A stretch of DNA of 64,000 nt from Candidatus Cloacimonadales bacterium (GTDB lineage: Bacteria; Cloacimonadota; Cloacimonadia; Cloacimonadales; JAIOQZ01), in NCBI GenBank assembly GCA_963662655.2, contig CAXXTU010000002.1, positions 3,296,001 through 3,360,000 on the forward strand, in the 5' to 3' direction. Every line of letters begins with the position of its first letter. The stretch's first letter is position 1. The notes below the pieces were generated by a model. That model had not been told where the DNA came from. It saw nothing but the letters and a program-made list of their open reading frames with translations, and did not search any database. Positions 1 to 11,298 of the stretch are shown here, in pieces. Both the position numbers and the translations under genes were made by a program.

Positions 1-1296
1 GCGGGTGATCAAGGGCGAGAGGTACGTGATCCACACGGCCGCCGACGTCGATCTGGCGGAGGAGAGGACGGCGTTCACCTTCAACGAGCTGACCAACAAC
101 AAGCGGCTTCTCGGCGACTTCGACGACCTGCGTCCCATCGACACGACCGAGGATGATTTCTACCTCCGCAACCGCTGCCGTATTCGCGCACGAGGTGTGA
201 AGCAATCCTTTCGCGGCTCGATCAATCCCCGCACCTCCACGCGCCCCGGCCTGATCGTCTGTGACGACATCGACAAGGAAGAGAACGTCGGGAACCAGAC
301 CATCGGCAGGCGGCGCATGGACAAGATCGTGCAGGAGATCGGCGGCGCGCTCGATCCATCTGGTACGGGCAAGGTGATCTGGCTCGGCAACCTCGTCCAC
401 CCCAACTACGCGATATGCCAGTTCATGGAGTCGATCGTCGAGGAGATCAAGTCCGACAACGACTCCTTCAATCCGGACGACATCCAGCATCTGTTCGCAG
501 AGGGAAGGCGGCTGCTGCGCTTCTCTCTGGAAACCGATGACGGCAAGTCGGTCTGGGAAAAGCAGTACCCGACCAGCGAGCTGCCTTTGCTGCGCCGCAA
601 GTTCGGTCACACGGGCTATCAGCGCGAGTTTCTCGGCGTGCCGGTGATCGAGGGCAACATGTTCAAGCACCACTGGTTCAAGCGGTATTCACACCTGCCC
701 AAGCGCATGAAGCGCGTCTGGATGTACGCCGACCCAGCATTAAAGGTAGTCGCTCTCGGTATTTTGCTTCGCAAAAACCTGGCGCTGGCGGTTTTCACTT
801 CGTTCAAACAGGCTGCTACAAAGCCATAATCTCCCTGGGCTACGACGGCTTGAAGTTCTACATGATCCACTGCTGGGTGCGCCAGACCGAAAACTCGCGT
901 TTCTTCCAGTTCTACTACGACGCCTGCGACGAGCTGTCGCACCGCTTCGGGGTCCGCTTCCGCGCCGCGATGGAGACCAATTACGGGCAGCACCGCATCC
1001 TCGCCGACTTCGACCGCTGGTGCCGCGAGAACGGGCGCAATCCCATCTCGCACCGTATCCGGCGCGTCAACAACGACCGCAACAAGGCTCTGCGCATCGA
1101 GCGCGTGGACACCGTCATCGAGACCGGCAAGGTCGTCTTTCCCGACGGGCAGGACACGCCGACCCTCGTCAGCCAGTTCCTCACCTATCCGCAGGGCTAC
1201 GTCGATGGCCCGGACGCCCTCGCAGGCTGCCTCGAACGCTTCCCCGAATACGACACCGGCCGCAACAGAACCAGAGTTCGGAGCTTCCGGTTTTGA
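1..1296 (+). pseudogene. Phage terminase large subunit (5'-partial), frame-split by a ~70-nt insert at 740-810
   Basis: ORF 5-829 has Walker-B-like LIVCDDID, WLGN, YQREF and the start of the nuclease domain (WMYADPA). The other frame continues GCYKAIISLGYDG...SQFLTYPQGYVDGPDALAG to 1296. Confidence 0.85.
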
Positions 1297-2171
1297 CCTA
1301 CTTCGACCGCATCATGCTCGAGTACTACCGCGTCCTCAACAACGCCTGGCAGCGCGAGGTGCGCGAGTCGGCGATGCAGGCCATCAGGGCGTTGTCGGAC
1401 ATTCCACGTCACGAGCGGCTCAATCGCACCCATATCGACGACGTTCTCGCCGTCATTGACTCCAACCTCGGCGAGGATTTTTCGTCCGCTGTGCGAGCCG
1501 AGACGAAGGCGTACATCCAGCGGTGCATGCTGCCGGGCTTAAACGACGCGCAAAAGCAGGTTCCGCACAACACTCGCATCGGCTTGTACGGTGCGCGTGA
1601 AAAGCGTCTCGAGACCGTCATCACCCGCCAGAACCTTTTCTGGATCGGCGAACGCTACGGCACGGACATTTCGCAGAAGTTTCGCTCCACACTGACCGAG
1701 GCTGTCGCGTCAGGCTACACGAAAAAGATGTTGCAAGAGAAGCTCGCGGAGCAGTTCAAGGACTTGGGCGCGAAGTCGCAGCACTACTGGCAGGGGCTTG
1801 CGGAGCATACCGCGCTGAGGATTCGGGAGTTTGGAAGGCTGGAGGGGTATCGCAAGGCCGGCGCAAGGTACTACCGGCTGGTGGTCGTCCTCGATGATCG
1901 TACGTCGGATATCTGCCGCGCCCTTGCCGCGCAGAACAAGGTCTATCCGCTCTCCGACGCGCTCGATGTGATGGAAGACCTGCTCGCCATCGATCCGAAG
2001 CAGCACAGCCTCGAATCCGCGCGAGAACGCACGAAGGAGCTTGCGCCGTGGGTCAGCGACGACCAGATAGAGCGAAACGCATCCGGCAAGCCCACCGGCG
2101 TCTCAGGAAGCCACACGCCTTTCCCGCCGTTCCACTGGAAGTGCAGGACAGGGACGGAGGTGGTGATTTAG
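1293..2171 (+). CDS. Phage head morphogenesis protein (SPP1 gp7/Mu gpF-like)
   Basis: DDRTSDIC...PPFHWKCRT motifs; probable TTG start overlapping the terminase TGA; the 1020-1292 extension is spurious. Confidence 0.85.
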   Translation: MTYFDRIMLEYYRVLNNAWQREVRESAMQAIRALSDIPRHERLNRTHIDDVLAVIDSNLGEDFSSAVRAETKAYIQRCMLPGLNDAQKQVPHNTRIGLYGAREKRLETVITRQNLFWIGERYGTDISQKFRSTLTEAVASGYTKKMLQEKLAEQFKDLGAKSQHYWQGLAEHTALRIREFGRLEGYRKAGARYYRLVVVLDDRTSDICRALAAQNKVYPLSDALDVMEDLLAIDPKQHSLESARERTKELAPWVSDDQIERNASGKPTGVSGSHTPFPPFHWKCRTGTEVVI

Positions 2172-2233
2172 GGGATTTGTAGGAGTAAAAGGGACCAACG
2201 AGGAAAACTGGCGGTAATGCCAGTTGTCGGTGT

Positions 2234-2533
2234 TTATGGAGCTAATTCTTCGTCGGGGTCGGTGAAGTCTGCGGTGTTTTCAGGTGCGTTCATGAAATCG
2301 GCTACGTCTTGCCGGGGGGCTTCCCAGTTAAGGATGCGGCCTGTCTCGATGTCGATTTCGAGGTTGATGTAATCTCCCCAGTGCTGCTCCGGCATGAACT
2401 CGGGAACCGGGCCATCGTAGTTCTTCATTACTTCGCCGTCTTCATCCTTGAAAGTAGCTCGCATGCTACCTGAAATCTTCGCGTTGATGATCATCGTCTT
2501 CGGGGTGATCTCTGTGGTCTTTTTCGTCTCCAT
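2234..2533 (-). CDS. Small acidic phage-type hypothetical protein
   Basis: 99-aa ORF with YDGPVPEFMPEQHWGDYINLEID...GRILNW; upstream TTGACT/TATCGT-like promoter. Confidence 0.65.
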   Translation of the reverse strand: METKKTTEITPKTMIINAKISGSMRATFKDEDGEVMKNYDGPVPEFMPEQHWGDYINLEIDIETGRILNWEAPRQDVADFMNAPENTADFTDPDEELAP

Positions 2534-2745
2534 CGGGCGGTCGCTTCGCGATCCGCAAGGGCCGTTCCCCTTGGGAACGCATAAGTCTCCTTTGTGCTCC
2601 TAAGTATGTCTCTACGATAAAGATCGCGCAAAGGAAGTCAAGTGCTTCAACGCTCATTGTAAACGATCAAACTTATGGGATAATTCAGGATTCGATGGGT
2701 AATCGTGTGATTATTGTGAAATCCTAAGAAAATCCAAAATCTTGC

Positions 2746-2773
2746 TTGACACGATCTGAAAGATTATTAAAAT
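2746..2773 (+). promoter_or_regulatory. Sigma70-like promoter for the FG-GAP gene
   Basis: TTGACA-16 nt-TAAAAT upstream of GGGAG RBS and ATG 2810. Confidence 0.55.
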
Positions 2774-2809
2774 CATGAATAATTGGGATGAATGTTTAGG
2801 GAGTTAGAC

Positions 2810-4378
2810 ATGAGATACCTCACAATTACCATCTTACTAACCGCCTGCGTACTGCTATATACCGAAAACCAACTCGACATCGTTTGGGAAATGCAGGGTG
2901 AACAAGCAAGTGATGATTTTGGTAAATATGTAACCGCTTTAGACTTTAATGGTGATGGGATTGATGATTTGGCTGTAAATGCCAGACGATATTATAATGA
3001 TTCTGATCATGTTCTGCATAGGGGGAAACTCTATATTTATTTTGGTTCAGATACTGGTTTGGCAGTGACGCCTGATATCACAATATCTGCTCCAGCAGAT
3101 ACAACCTTCCATCATATTGTTGGATTTGAATATTTAAGTAACCTTGGCGATATGAACAATGATGGATGTGATGACATCGGATACAATTATATTGAAGTTA
3201 CCTATGATAGCCTTTATCATACATACCGTCAAATGAAGATATTGCTCGGTAATACCGAAAACGACACCATCCCTGACTACGAATATGAAATCAATGATAC
3301 ATATGCCGAGATCCACGCCCTTGGTGATATCAATGGCGACGGTTACGACGACGCAGGAATTACCGATGTCGAAAACATGCTAACTTACTCCATCGTTTAT
3401 GGTGGCAGTTTTGAGAAGGTGGTTTTTGTGGATGGGATTTATACAAGAGGTTACAAAGGATTCTGGGGATTGGGTGATGTAAATAATGATGGTTTCGATG
3501 ATTTCACATACCACTATGAGGGATCAATGATCAATGGAACGCGAAATTACCATAACAATTTCTTCTTTGGGGAAGCCGTACAAGACACGATGCCTGACCA
3601 TCGAATGGTACTTGAAACGAACGTCGGAGCTGTATTCCAACTTGTCCCTGCGGGAGATTGGAATGGTGACGGATATGATGACTTTGCCCTCAATGGATAT
3701 GATCCTGGTTTAGGGTGCAGACTTTGGCGTGGTGGCGATACCATAAATTGGGACTGGTATGGGCATATATATTTCTTTTCGAATTTATTCCCTTCATTTG
3801 GCGATCTGAATGGTGATGGGAAAGGAGATTTGGTTTCAACCTTTACCGTAACCTCCGACGGTGGTTACCTCTATTTCTATCTGGGCGCACAAAATGGAAC
3901 ATACGATTATCATAGCTACACAGCCGAAGACGGGTATGGATGTACCGTAGGACACGCGGTCGGAGACTTCGATAACGACGGCTACGACGATATAGCTGTA
4001 GGAGCTTATGGAGATGGATCGGATCATTTATACAATTGGGGTTACGTATTCGTTTATGGTGGACACGAGGATTTAGTCGAGCAAGATCTCGATCCGGTAG
4101 ATGACGAGACGGTGCCGCCTTCGGATATCACGTTCAATGCCTATCCCAATCCCTTCAATCCAGAAGTGTCGTTTGAAGTCAAGAGTAATCATGAATACAA
4201 AGAATTGAGAATAGAGATATTTAATGTCAAAGGGCAGAAGATAGAAACGATCACGGTTGATCATGCCGGTGAGACCGTAATCTGGAAACCGAAAGACAAA
4301 GCGAGTGGAATCTACACCTGCAAACTTTCGGCCCAGGGCAAGGAGTTGAGTATTCGGAAAGTAACATTAATGAAATAA
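2810..4378 (+). CDS. Secreted FG-GAP/integrin-alpha repeat protein with C-terminal secretion (FlgD-Ig/T9SS-A-like) domain
   Basis: Signal peptide; multiple GDxNxDGxDD repeats; C-terminal AYPNPFNP...RKVTLMK. Confidence 0.9.
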   Translation: MRYLTITILLTACVLLYTENQLDIVWEMQGEQASDDFGKYVTALDFNGDGIDDLAVNARRYYNDSDHVLHRGKLYIYFGSDTGLAVTPDITISAPADTTFHHIVGFEYLSNLGDMNNDGCDDIGYNYIEVTYDSLYHTYRQMKILLGNTENDTIPDYEYEINDTYAEIHALGDINGDGYDDAGITDVENMLTYSIVYGGSFEKVVFVDGIYTRGYKGFWGLGDVNNDGFDDFTYHYEGSMINGTRNYHNNFFFGEAVQDTMPDHRMVLETNVGAVFQLVPAGDWNGDGYDDFALNGYDPGLGCRLWRGGDTINWDWYGHIYFFSNLFPSFGDLNGDGKGDLVSTFTVTSDGGYLYFYLGAQNGTYDYHSYTAEDGYGCTVGHAVGDFDNDGYDDIAVGAYGDGSDHLYNWGYVFVYGGHEDLVEQDLDPVDDETVPPSDITFNAYPNPFNPEVSFEVKSNHEYKELRIEIFNVKGQKIETITVDHAGETVIWKPKDKASGIYTCKLSAQGKELSIRKVTLMK

Positions 4379-4599
4379 TTTCTGCCTTCACAAAGCAGGG
4401 CGAGATCGTCGAATGTTGTGATTTTATGGGGCGAAATCATGTTCATAGAAATACAGGAAAGCAGGATACTGGAGGGTATGGAGGGAATCCTTCGCACTAT
4501 CATCCCTACCTCCTAACGGTGAATAAAACGCTCATCATGGTTTTATTTCTTCTATGTCTTGAAACAAATGGTGAGTAATAAAAGTACTTGGAGGTAGTT

Positions 4600-7500
4600 A
4601 TGGATCGTAAATGGATGCTTGTAGCAGCCATCGTAGTAATCGCGATGTTGATCTTCGCGTTGGAACCGGAAGACTTTGTTATCGGAACTTATTCTTATTA
4701 CCGTAGTACATTTGGATCTATCCACAACAACTCTGGCCTTCCTTCCGTATATGCAGCGGAAATTGCAGATTTGATGCGAAGTGCAGATTATAACACGATT
4801 ATGGAGATGTATACCTCCAATACCGCAAGTCCTTCGCAGTATGCCGTTTTCTGTGAACGCGGAATAAAGCCGATCGTTTATGATGACAGGATTGCAATCC
4901 CCTCCTTTTTCAATGATGTCGAGTTTCAGGCTGAGTACATGACTCCCAGGATGCCTGGATCGGGTTTGATGCCCGACGACTGGCCCGAAGAGATGAAATG
5001 GTACAGAATTTCAAATGGATTTAACTCGGATATAGCTACTTACACATATAATGATCTTACAGACGGTTCGAAAAGTTATCAAAGACATCTCGCCGGATCC
5101 GGTGCGGGATTGGCTGTAGGGCATTATGAGAATCCCTGGCCATGGACGGATTCGGATGCCGACAAAGTTCTGTTCGGTCAGATATCGACTCTGACAGGTG
5201 CTTTAGGGGGTACGGTACAGAGCCAGACGTACAAGATCACCTTTAAGATGAGGGTGGATATTCCGATTGATTTACAGCCAGATATTAGTTGGAACGATCT
5301 TGTCGCTGATCATGGAGATCTTCCTATCTGTAATGTTGGTGCACAGGTGCTTCTTGTGAACAGTGGCGTCTACAATTATGCGAACATCCCGATTACTGGA
5401 ACTCTGGGTAGCGATATCGCCAATAGTGAAGAGAAGTTAATCACAGTTGAGGATTGGGATTATCTGCTCCAAAACACAACCCCCGACCAAGGTTTTGTCG
5501 AGTTCGAATTCGAGACAGGTTTATACTCTGATATTCAGAGCTATATTGCTTCTACATACCCGGGATACGGAATCTGGACCGATCATGGCGGATACGAGTT
5601 CAATCTGTGCCCCACGGTTTATTTCAACGACAGTGCGGTCAATATTGGTACCGTCGATGATCCAAATATCGTACCCGTGTTAGATCTTGCGATCGATTAC
5701 ATCGCAATTACAGACGATCTTAAAGAAGACTTGGATGCAGCAGACGGCACATTTGCGGATTTAGTAGCATCAACCAGTAATGAGTATGGCGGGGATGTGT
5801 GGTTTACAAGCAAGGATGAACCCATGCCGGCACAGTGGAAATCAATGGATCGCATTAGTGGATTGCTGGCAGGAGACCGGAGTTTGTTCACTTCCGTATT
5901 AAGCCGTAACCTCAAAGCTTCTGTCTATCAGGCAAGTACGAATCAATCTGGAGTTACAAACACATCCGAGATAAATCTACTGAACAAAGCGTATATGACG
6001 GTATCTAGTCCTGAGAATTATCAACCTCAATTTTACCCGATTGACGCTAAGTTGAGTAGTGAGAATGACAACCAATTCGTTCAGAACTGGGTCGATGCAA
6101 CGGACATTGATCAAACAACGAACTGGAATGCGTGGAAGACGTTACAAGGCAGGCTCAGCGTAATGTGCGCCACATATAAATAGCAACAGAAGTTTTGTGA
6201 CGATGAGAAATTCATGCCTTGTGTCCAAGCGTTCGGCAGCGTTTCCGTAGTCTCTACAAGTGGCACAAAAGTATGGAAAACATGGATGTTGCCTCCCTCG
6301 AAGTTACAAAAAGCATTGGCCTTCTTGCCATTATGTTACGATGCCGATGGAATCTTCTATTATGCGCTCGAAACAAGCAGGAATCCAGATTACGTAACCA
6401 GAGTTGAGCAGGAGGAAGAATTCGATTGGGAAACCTACGGTGATGATGAAGGTCATCCTCCTGCCCTCGATGATAGAGATATCGGTAGCAATTTCAAGCA
6501 AGGCCCGATCTTGAGATATAGTCACAGCGACCCTTATCATTTACTACCTCAATACATTGCTTTGCAAGAAGTGCATGCGGAGATGGAGGCAATTGTACCG
6601 ATCATAAAATCCTGTAATTGGGATCCCGAACTTGTCAAAACACTTCATTCGGGTGTGACACAGAGTTATACGTTACCATCAACAGGATTCCAGGTCGGCC
6701 TATCGGTATATGATATAAACGGACTTCAATATGAGAATGCTCAGTATGAGGTGGACGAAAATCATTTCGTAGGATACAAAGAAATGTATGATGGCTATAT
6801 TGAATGTTCGCCATATTTTGGGAGCGGGAACAATGATTACTTTATGCTTGTTAATCGCAGAGCCAATATTCCTTTGAATGTTGATCCCGATGATGACTCG
6901 ACACCTTTGATTTACACGAATACAGAAAGATATGGTAATCTTATTGTAGAAAATCTGAAATGGGATTTCAGAACAATCCCCGATAAATATATCGACCAAT
7001 ACTTTGCGGTATCTGATCCTCAGATTGTGGAGTTCGAGTTTGATGGAGACATGTCGAGCTATGCTCTGGTTGACGCCTATACTCTTGTGGAATGGCCAAT
7101 TACTTATGATGGAACCAGTTCCTCATCTGCTGAAGTTGAAATCGAGCCTGGCGACGGGATGCTTCTAAGCTTGCAAACCTATATTCCCACAACACTTACT
7201 CAAAGTTTGACTCTGAGTGGCCAAATTATCACTCATGATGTTACGGTGCCCTCTGGTAAAACGTTGACCCTTTCAAACAACGTTGTACTTGGAACGGATG
7301 CAACGATTACGGTTGAGGAAGGCGGAATCATGGTTGTTGCCGGCAATAACTTCGCTGATTCCGGTTCAAGAATCGACGTTTACGGATATTTACAAGCAGG
7401 CGATGGTAAGATCGTATCAAGAAACGGAACATGGCAAGGTATCGTCGTTCATTCATCGAACTCCCTGCCATCCGATTTTAACGATTTCACGCTTAAGGGA

Positions 7501-9414
7501 GCATCTTATCCCATACTTCTAAACGGTGGTGAAGCGACATTGGATCAAGTTACTTTCAGGGATTTCAACAGAGCAATCACACAAGTAAATGGTTCGTCTA
7601 TCAGCATTGAGGATTGCGAGTTTTATATCGGTGAGAACGATATGGGACTTTACATCAATAACAGCTCGAGTGGAGCAAATTCCACAGTATTTGTCGAATC
7701 AGAAACAGGGTCTCAGTTCATCGCAGCAGAAGAAGGATTAGGAACAGGCATCCATATCCTTGACGCGGATGGTTCAAGTGCAGTGTATGCTTCTATCCAA
7801 TCAGCCAATTTCGAGAATCTTGATTATGGAGTCTATATATCAACAAGCGAGACGACATCGCATAGAATTGATGACTGTTCGTTCTCTGGATGTTCTACAG
7901 GAGTTTACCTTATAGGTTCGGGGCATATCCATAACATCTCGAATTGCACTTTTACGGGAACATACCCTGTGCCATATACAGATTCTGGGATTGTTTGTAA
8001 CTACATGAAAGTGCATGATATCAATGACTGCCTATTCCACTATTGTTTGGACGGGATTTACTTGAACAATGTAAGCTCGGGAGGACGATCAATAACAAAT
8101 CCTGATCCTCCGGTTGAACCTGATGAGATTACGGATTGCACATTTAATGATAACGTCAATTGTTTCAGGTTGTTGTCTTCATCACCTCGAATCCTGCGCT
8201 GCACAATGTCTATCGAAAATGATACAGGAATGCTTATTGCCGACCGATCGCTGCCGGATTGCAGTTATACAGCAAACAATGTCTTTGCGAATCAGGAATA
8301 CAATCTGGATTTCTTGGGAGTCAGCAATGATTTGTTCACATCGGAAATCAATCTTGTGAATGGGCATAATGACTTCTACCACTTCAATGGATGTAAGGAC
8401 ATGCGTTTCACTGAATACTACGATGGTAGAAGTGTTACGATGGACATCACTTGTAATTATTGGGCTAATGATCAGGTATTGATCGATTATGAGAATCCCG
8501 ATGATTATCAGCCTGATTTCATCAATTGGCATTTCGACGATGATCCGAATGTTGAGATGATTTGGCCGCCAAACACAAGAAAAGATTTTGCCATGGAACA
8601 GGAAAGCGAAGGCAATCTTCAAACGGCTCTTGATATGTACAGAATAATCCTGTTTGATCGAATAGAATCTGAAGTCAAGGAATGGAATCTTGCGGTGGAT
8701 AAGTCATACAATCTCACTGTCCTGCTTGGCAATGATCTGGATGAGCTGAAGTCTTTCTATGAATCGCTTCTCGGCGATGTGCCCGGATTCATGACAGCAA
8801 CGGATTACGAAAAATTCGAGGCTGTTCTGAAAGACTACATCAAGAAATGCGAGGTTCAACTGAAGAACTACCAGGCAGCAGCAAATATCGTTGTAGAGCG
8901 TTTGGAGAACGCCACCACTGCGGAAGACTCTATATACGCACAAATGGATCTTGAAACGATCAACTTAATAGCAGATATAAACGGGGATCGTGCTGCTGTT
9001 GTTATCACGAAGTATCCAGAACTCAAACCTGAATCCATGAAAGATTATCAGGCAAGAGTGGACAAGCACTGGTCTGACTTGATGGCTCTGTATGGCATAG
9101 ATGATGAGATGCAGGGTGAAGAACAGGTTCCTGCCGTACCGGTGTTGTCAATGAACTATCCCAACCCGTTCAATCCGACTACGACGATCTGTTTCTCGAT
9201 ACCTGAAGCAAGCAAGGTCGAGATGGATATCTACAACATCAAGGGCCAGAAGGTGAAGAAGCTCGTGAACGATGATTATCCGCGTGGTAACCACAAAGTC
9301 CAGTGGCAAGGCGTCAACGAGACGGGACATCAAGTTTCGTCAGGAGTTTACTTCTATCGCCTGAAGGTCAATGGTAAATCGATCGGCGTAAAGAAAATGC
9401 TCATGTTGAAATAA
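4600..9414 (+). CDS. Large (~1600 aa) secreted protein with beta-helix region and C-terminal secretion domain, interrupted by one in-frame TAG (6181-6183)
   Basis: ORFs 4588-6183 and 6214-9414 share a frame; signal peptide only in the first, NYPNPFNP domain only in the second; parallel beta-helix-like IxDCxF repeats. Confidence 0.8.
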
Positions 9415-9434
9415 CCTTCGATTGATCATACAAT

Positions 9435-9471
9435 GACGGGAGAGTCGATGATGGCTCTCCCGTTCAATTTT
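9435..9471. terminator. Probable bidirectional intrinsic terminator
   Basis: ACGGGAGAGTC...GGCTCTCCCGT hairpin between convergent genes. Confidence 0.65.
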
Positions 9472-9524
9472 GGGGTCGCAAATGCTGAATAAAACGACAG
9501 CGCTGGAAGTGAAATTCAAGAGAT

Positions 9525-10661
9525 TTAGTCTTCAGACTCTTGAATTTTATCCATCTGTATTGTCTTTTTATGTTGCTTTGTTCCTTTGATGATCACTGAC
9601 TTGTCCCATAGGGGTCGAACAACGTCATCTATTTGACCTTCAGGAACTAAGACCCTGTACAGAATCCCATTTGAATTGATCTTGATCAAGGGTACGTCAA
9701 TACTTCTGTCCGCCACCTGAAGAATACCTTTAAGAACGACTTCATCACCGGTATTAAGTCCGAGGAGAATATTGGGAGAGTCTTGTTCTTTTATATTTGT
9801 AATTTCAAGTTTCTCTCTCGTCTTGCGAAGGCTAACAGCTTTCTCTTCATTATCTTTGTTGTACGTGAAACCGACAAGACTCACATTCTCTCCATCGGGG
9901 AGTACTTTATCAATCAAACCTGAAAAATTGGAAAAATACTGATCTGAAGAGATCTTTTCCTCAAGTTTTTTCAGCTCGTTTTTTTCATATAACTCTATGC
10001 AGTCCATGACTTCCGAGATCAATTCTCCTTTTGGAAGTTCTTCAAAAACTTTAAGTTGCTCATCAGGAATAGCAATCTTGAATGTTATTGCAAAACTGGC
10101 TGCTCTTGGAACGGAAACAAAAGTTGGGAACTTTGTACGTATCTCTTTAGGGATTTTTATACGGTATTCACCTTTATACATTTTTCTTTGTGCGGTTCTT
10201 TGCATGATTCTTCTTACTGCATCAACCCGCTCTGTAAATTCTTCTAAGGGTGATATTCCATAGCCGGTTAGACCTCCAGCGAAAGACATTTGAAACTCCT
10301 CATCAGAGAGATGTACACCGTGTACCTCTAAATGTCGGCTTTGTGTTACATTTTCATATAAATCCCGGAGTTCATTGGCTACCCAAACTGGAGGGTTGCC
10401 TGCCAGGCCTTGGCAAAGAAGTCTCTCGGCCTCGATGTTCATGCCTAATTCATAAGCTATACTAGCGGCACTTCGATAGAGAATGGAACGAGAAGGTTCA
10501 ATATCCTGCAACTTCAAAGAATCAGCTGCTGCTTTTTCCTTTTCAAAAGCTTCAAGCATAATCGAATTTGATTTATCTCTCTCTCCCTTGAATCGGAGCA
10601 CTTGAGCCTGCTCAATCAGATCCATTGCTTGATTATGGATACTTTCAATTTCCTTCAACAT
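9525..10661 (-). CDS. Hypothetical protein with N-terminal helical (TPR-like) domain
   Basis: HNQAMDL...EPSRSILYRSAASIA...GNPP helical N-terminus; overlaps the upstream gene by 17 nt. Confidence 0.75.
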   Translation of the reverse strand: MLKEIESIHNQAMDLIEQAQVLRFKGERDKSNSIMLEAFEKEKAAADSLKLQDIEPSRSILYRSAASIAYELGMNIEAERLLCQGLAGNPPVWVANELRDLYENVTQSRHLEVHGVHLSDEEFQMSFAGGLTGYGISPLEEFTERVDAVRRIMQRTAQRKMYKGEYRIKIPKEIRTKFPTFVSVPRAASFAITFKIAIPDEQLKVFEELPKGELISEVMDCIELYEKNELKKLEEKISSDQYFSNFSGLIDKVLPDGENVSLVGFTYNKDNEEKAVSLRKTREKLEITNIKEQDSPNILLGLNTGDEVVLKGILQVADRSIDVPLIKINSNGILYRVLVPEGQIDDVVRPLWDKSVIIKGTKQHKKTIQMDKIQESED

Positions 10662-11193
10662 AATGAACTCCCGTCTCTGATCCTGAAAACGCTGTAACAA
10701 CAACATACAATGGGATATCTTGATGGCTTTTTGTCGCTTGCTTAATCTTCTGCTTTATTCGAGTCATTAGATCGCCGTCTCGTCTAAGCTTCAATATTCC
10801 AGAGACTTCAAGTTTTGCAATCTCACCTTGGAATAATGAGCAATCCTTCTTCTGGAGTGTATAATCAAAACCAGTGCTTTTATACGATCTACTGATCACG
10901 TCAAAATCCGTCAACTGATTGATGACAATAAAAGCAATTGCCTCTGCACCCCACTCTGTAGATTCTTGATTATCACTGAAGCTATTCCGGTCTATCTCAC
11001 TCAACGAGTTCCACTCGACTCCAAGTGAATCATCAAAACAACCGGAAATACGAAGAGTTTGCCTGTCGTTGAAACCACATTCTTCAAAACAATAGGCGGC
11101 AGCCTTTCCTTTCATTAGCATAAGCTCAGGAGAAAGTTTTGGGATTACGCCTGTATCATGTAATGCGATGTAGTTCTTCTGCTTACTCATCAT
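10645..11193 (-). CDS. Hypothetical protein, possible PD-(D/E)xK/REase-fold nuclease
   Basis: E...(S)TGFDY...KLEVSG motif pattern; 182 aa. Confidence 0.65.
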   Translation of the reverse strand: MMSKQKNYIALHDTGVIPKLSPELMLMKGKAAAYCFEECGFNDRQTLRISGCFDDSLGVEWNSLSEIDRNSFSDNQESTEWGAEAIAFIVINQLTDFDVISRSYKSTGFDYTLQKKDCSLFQGEIAKLEVSGILKLRRDGDLMTRIKQKIKQATKSHQDIPLYVVVTAFSGSETGVHYVEGN

Positions 11194-11298
11194 TCTTCTC
11201 CAAACAATTATGCGGCCTGTTTTGTTTCTACATTCCTTTCATTTATACTCATCGGAAGCAGGTTACTTGATAATGCAATCGAAGCATCTTCTCTGTTT

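Noticed and set aside
1020..1292. N-terminal extensions of ORFs 1020-2171 (likewise 13532, 15176, 26478, 28367 and 57727 starts)
   Set aside because: They overlap real genes in other frames; low-complexity R/P/A translations typical of GC-rich shadow frames
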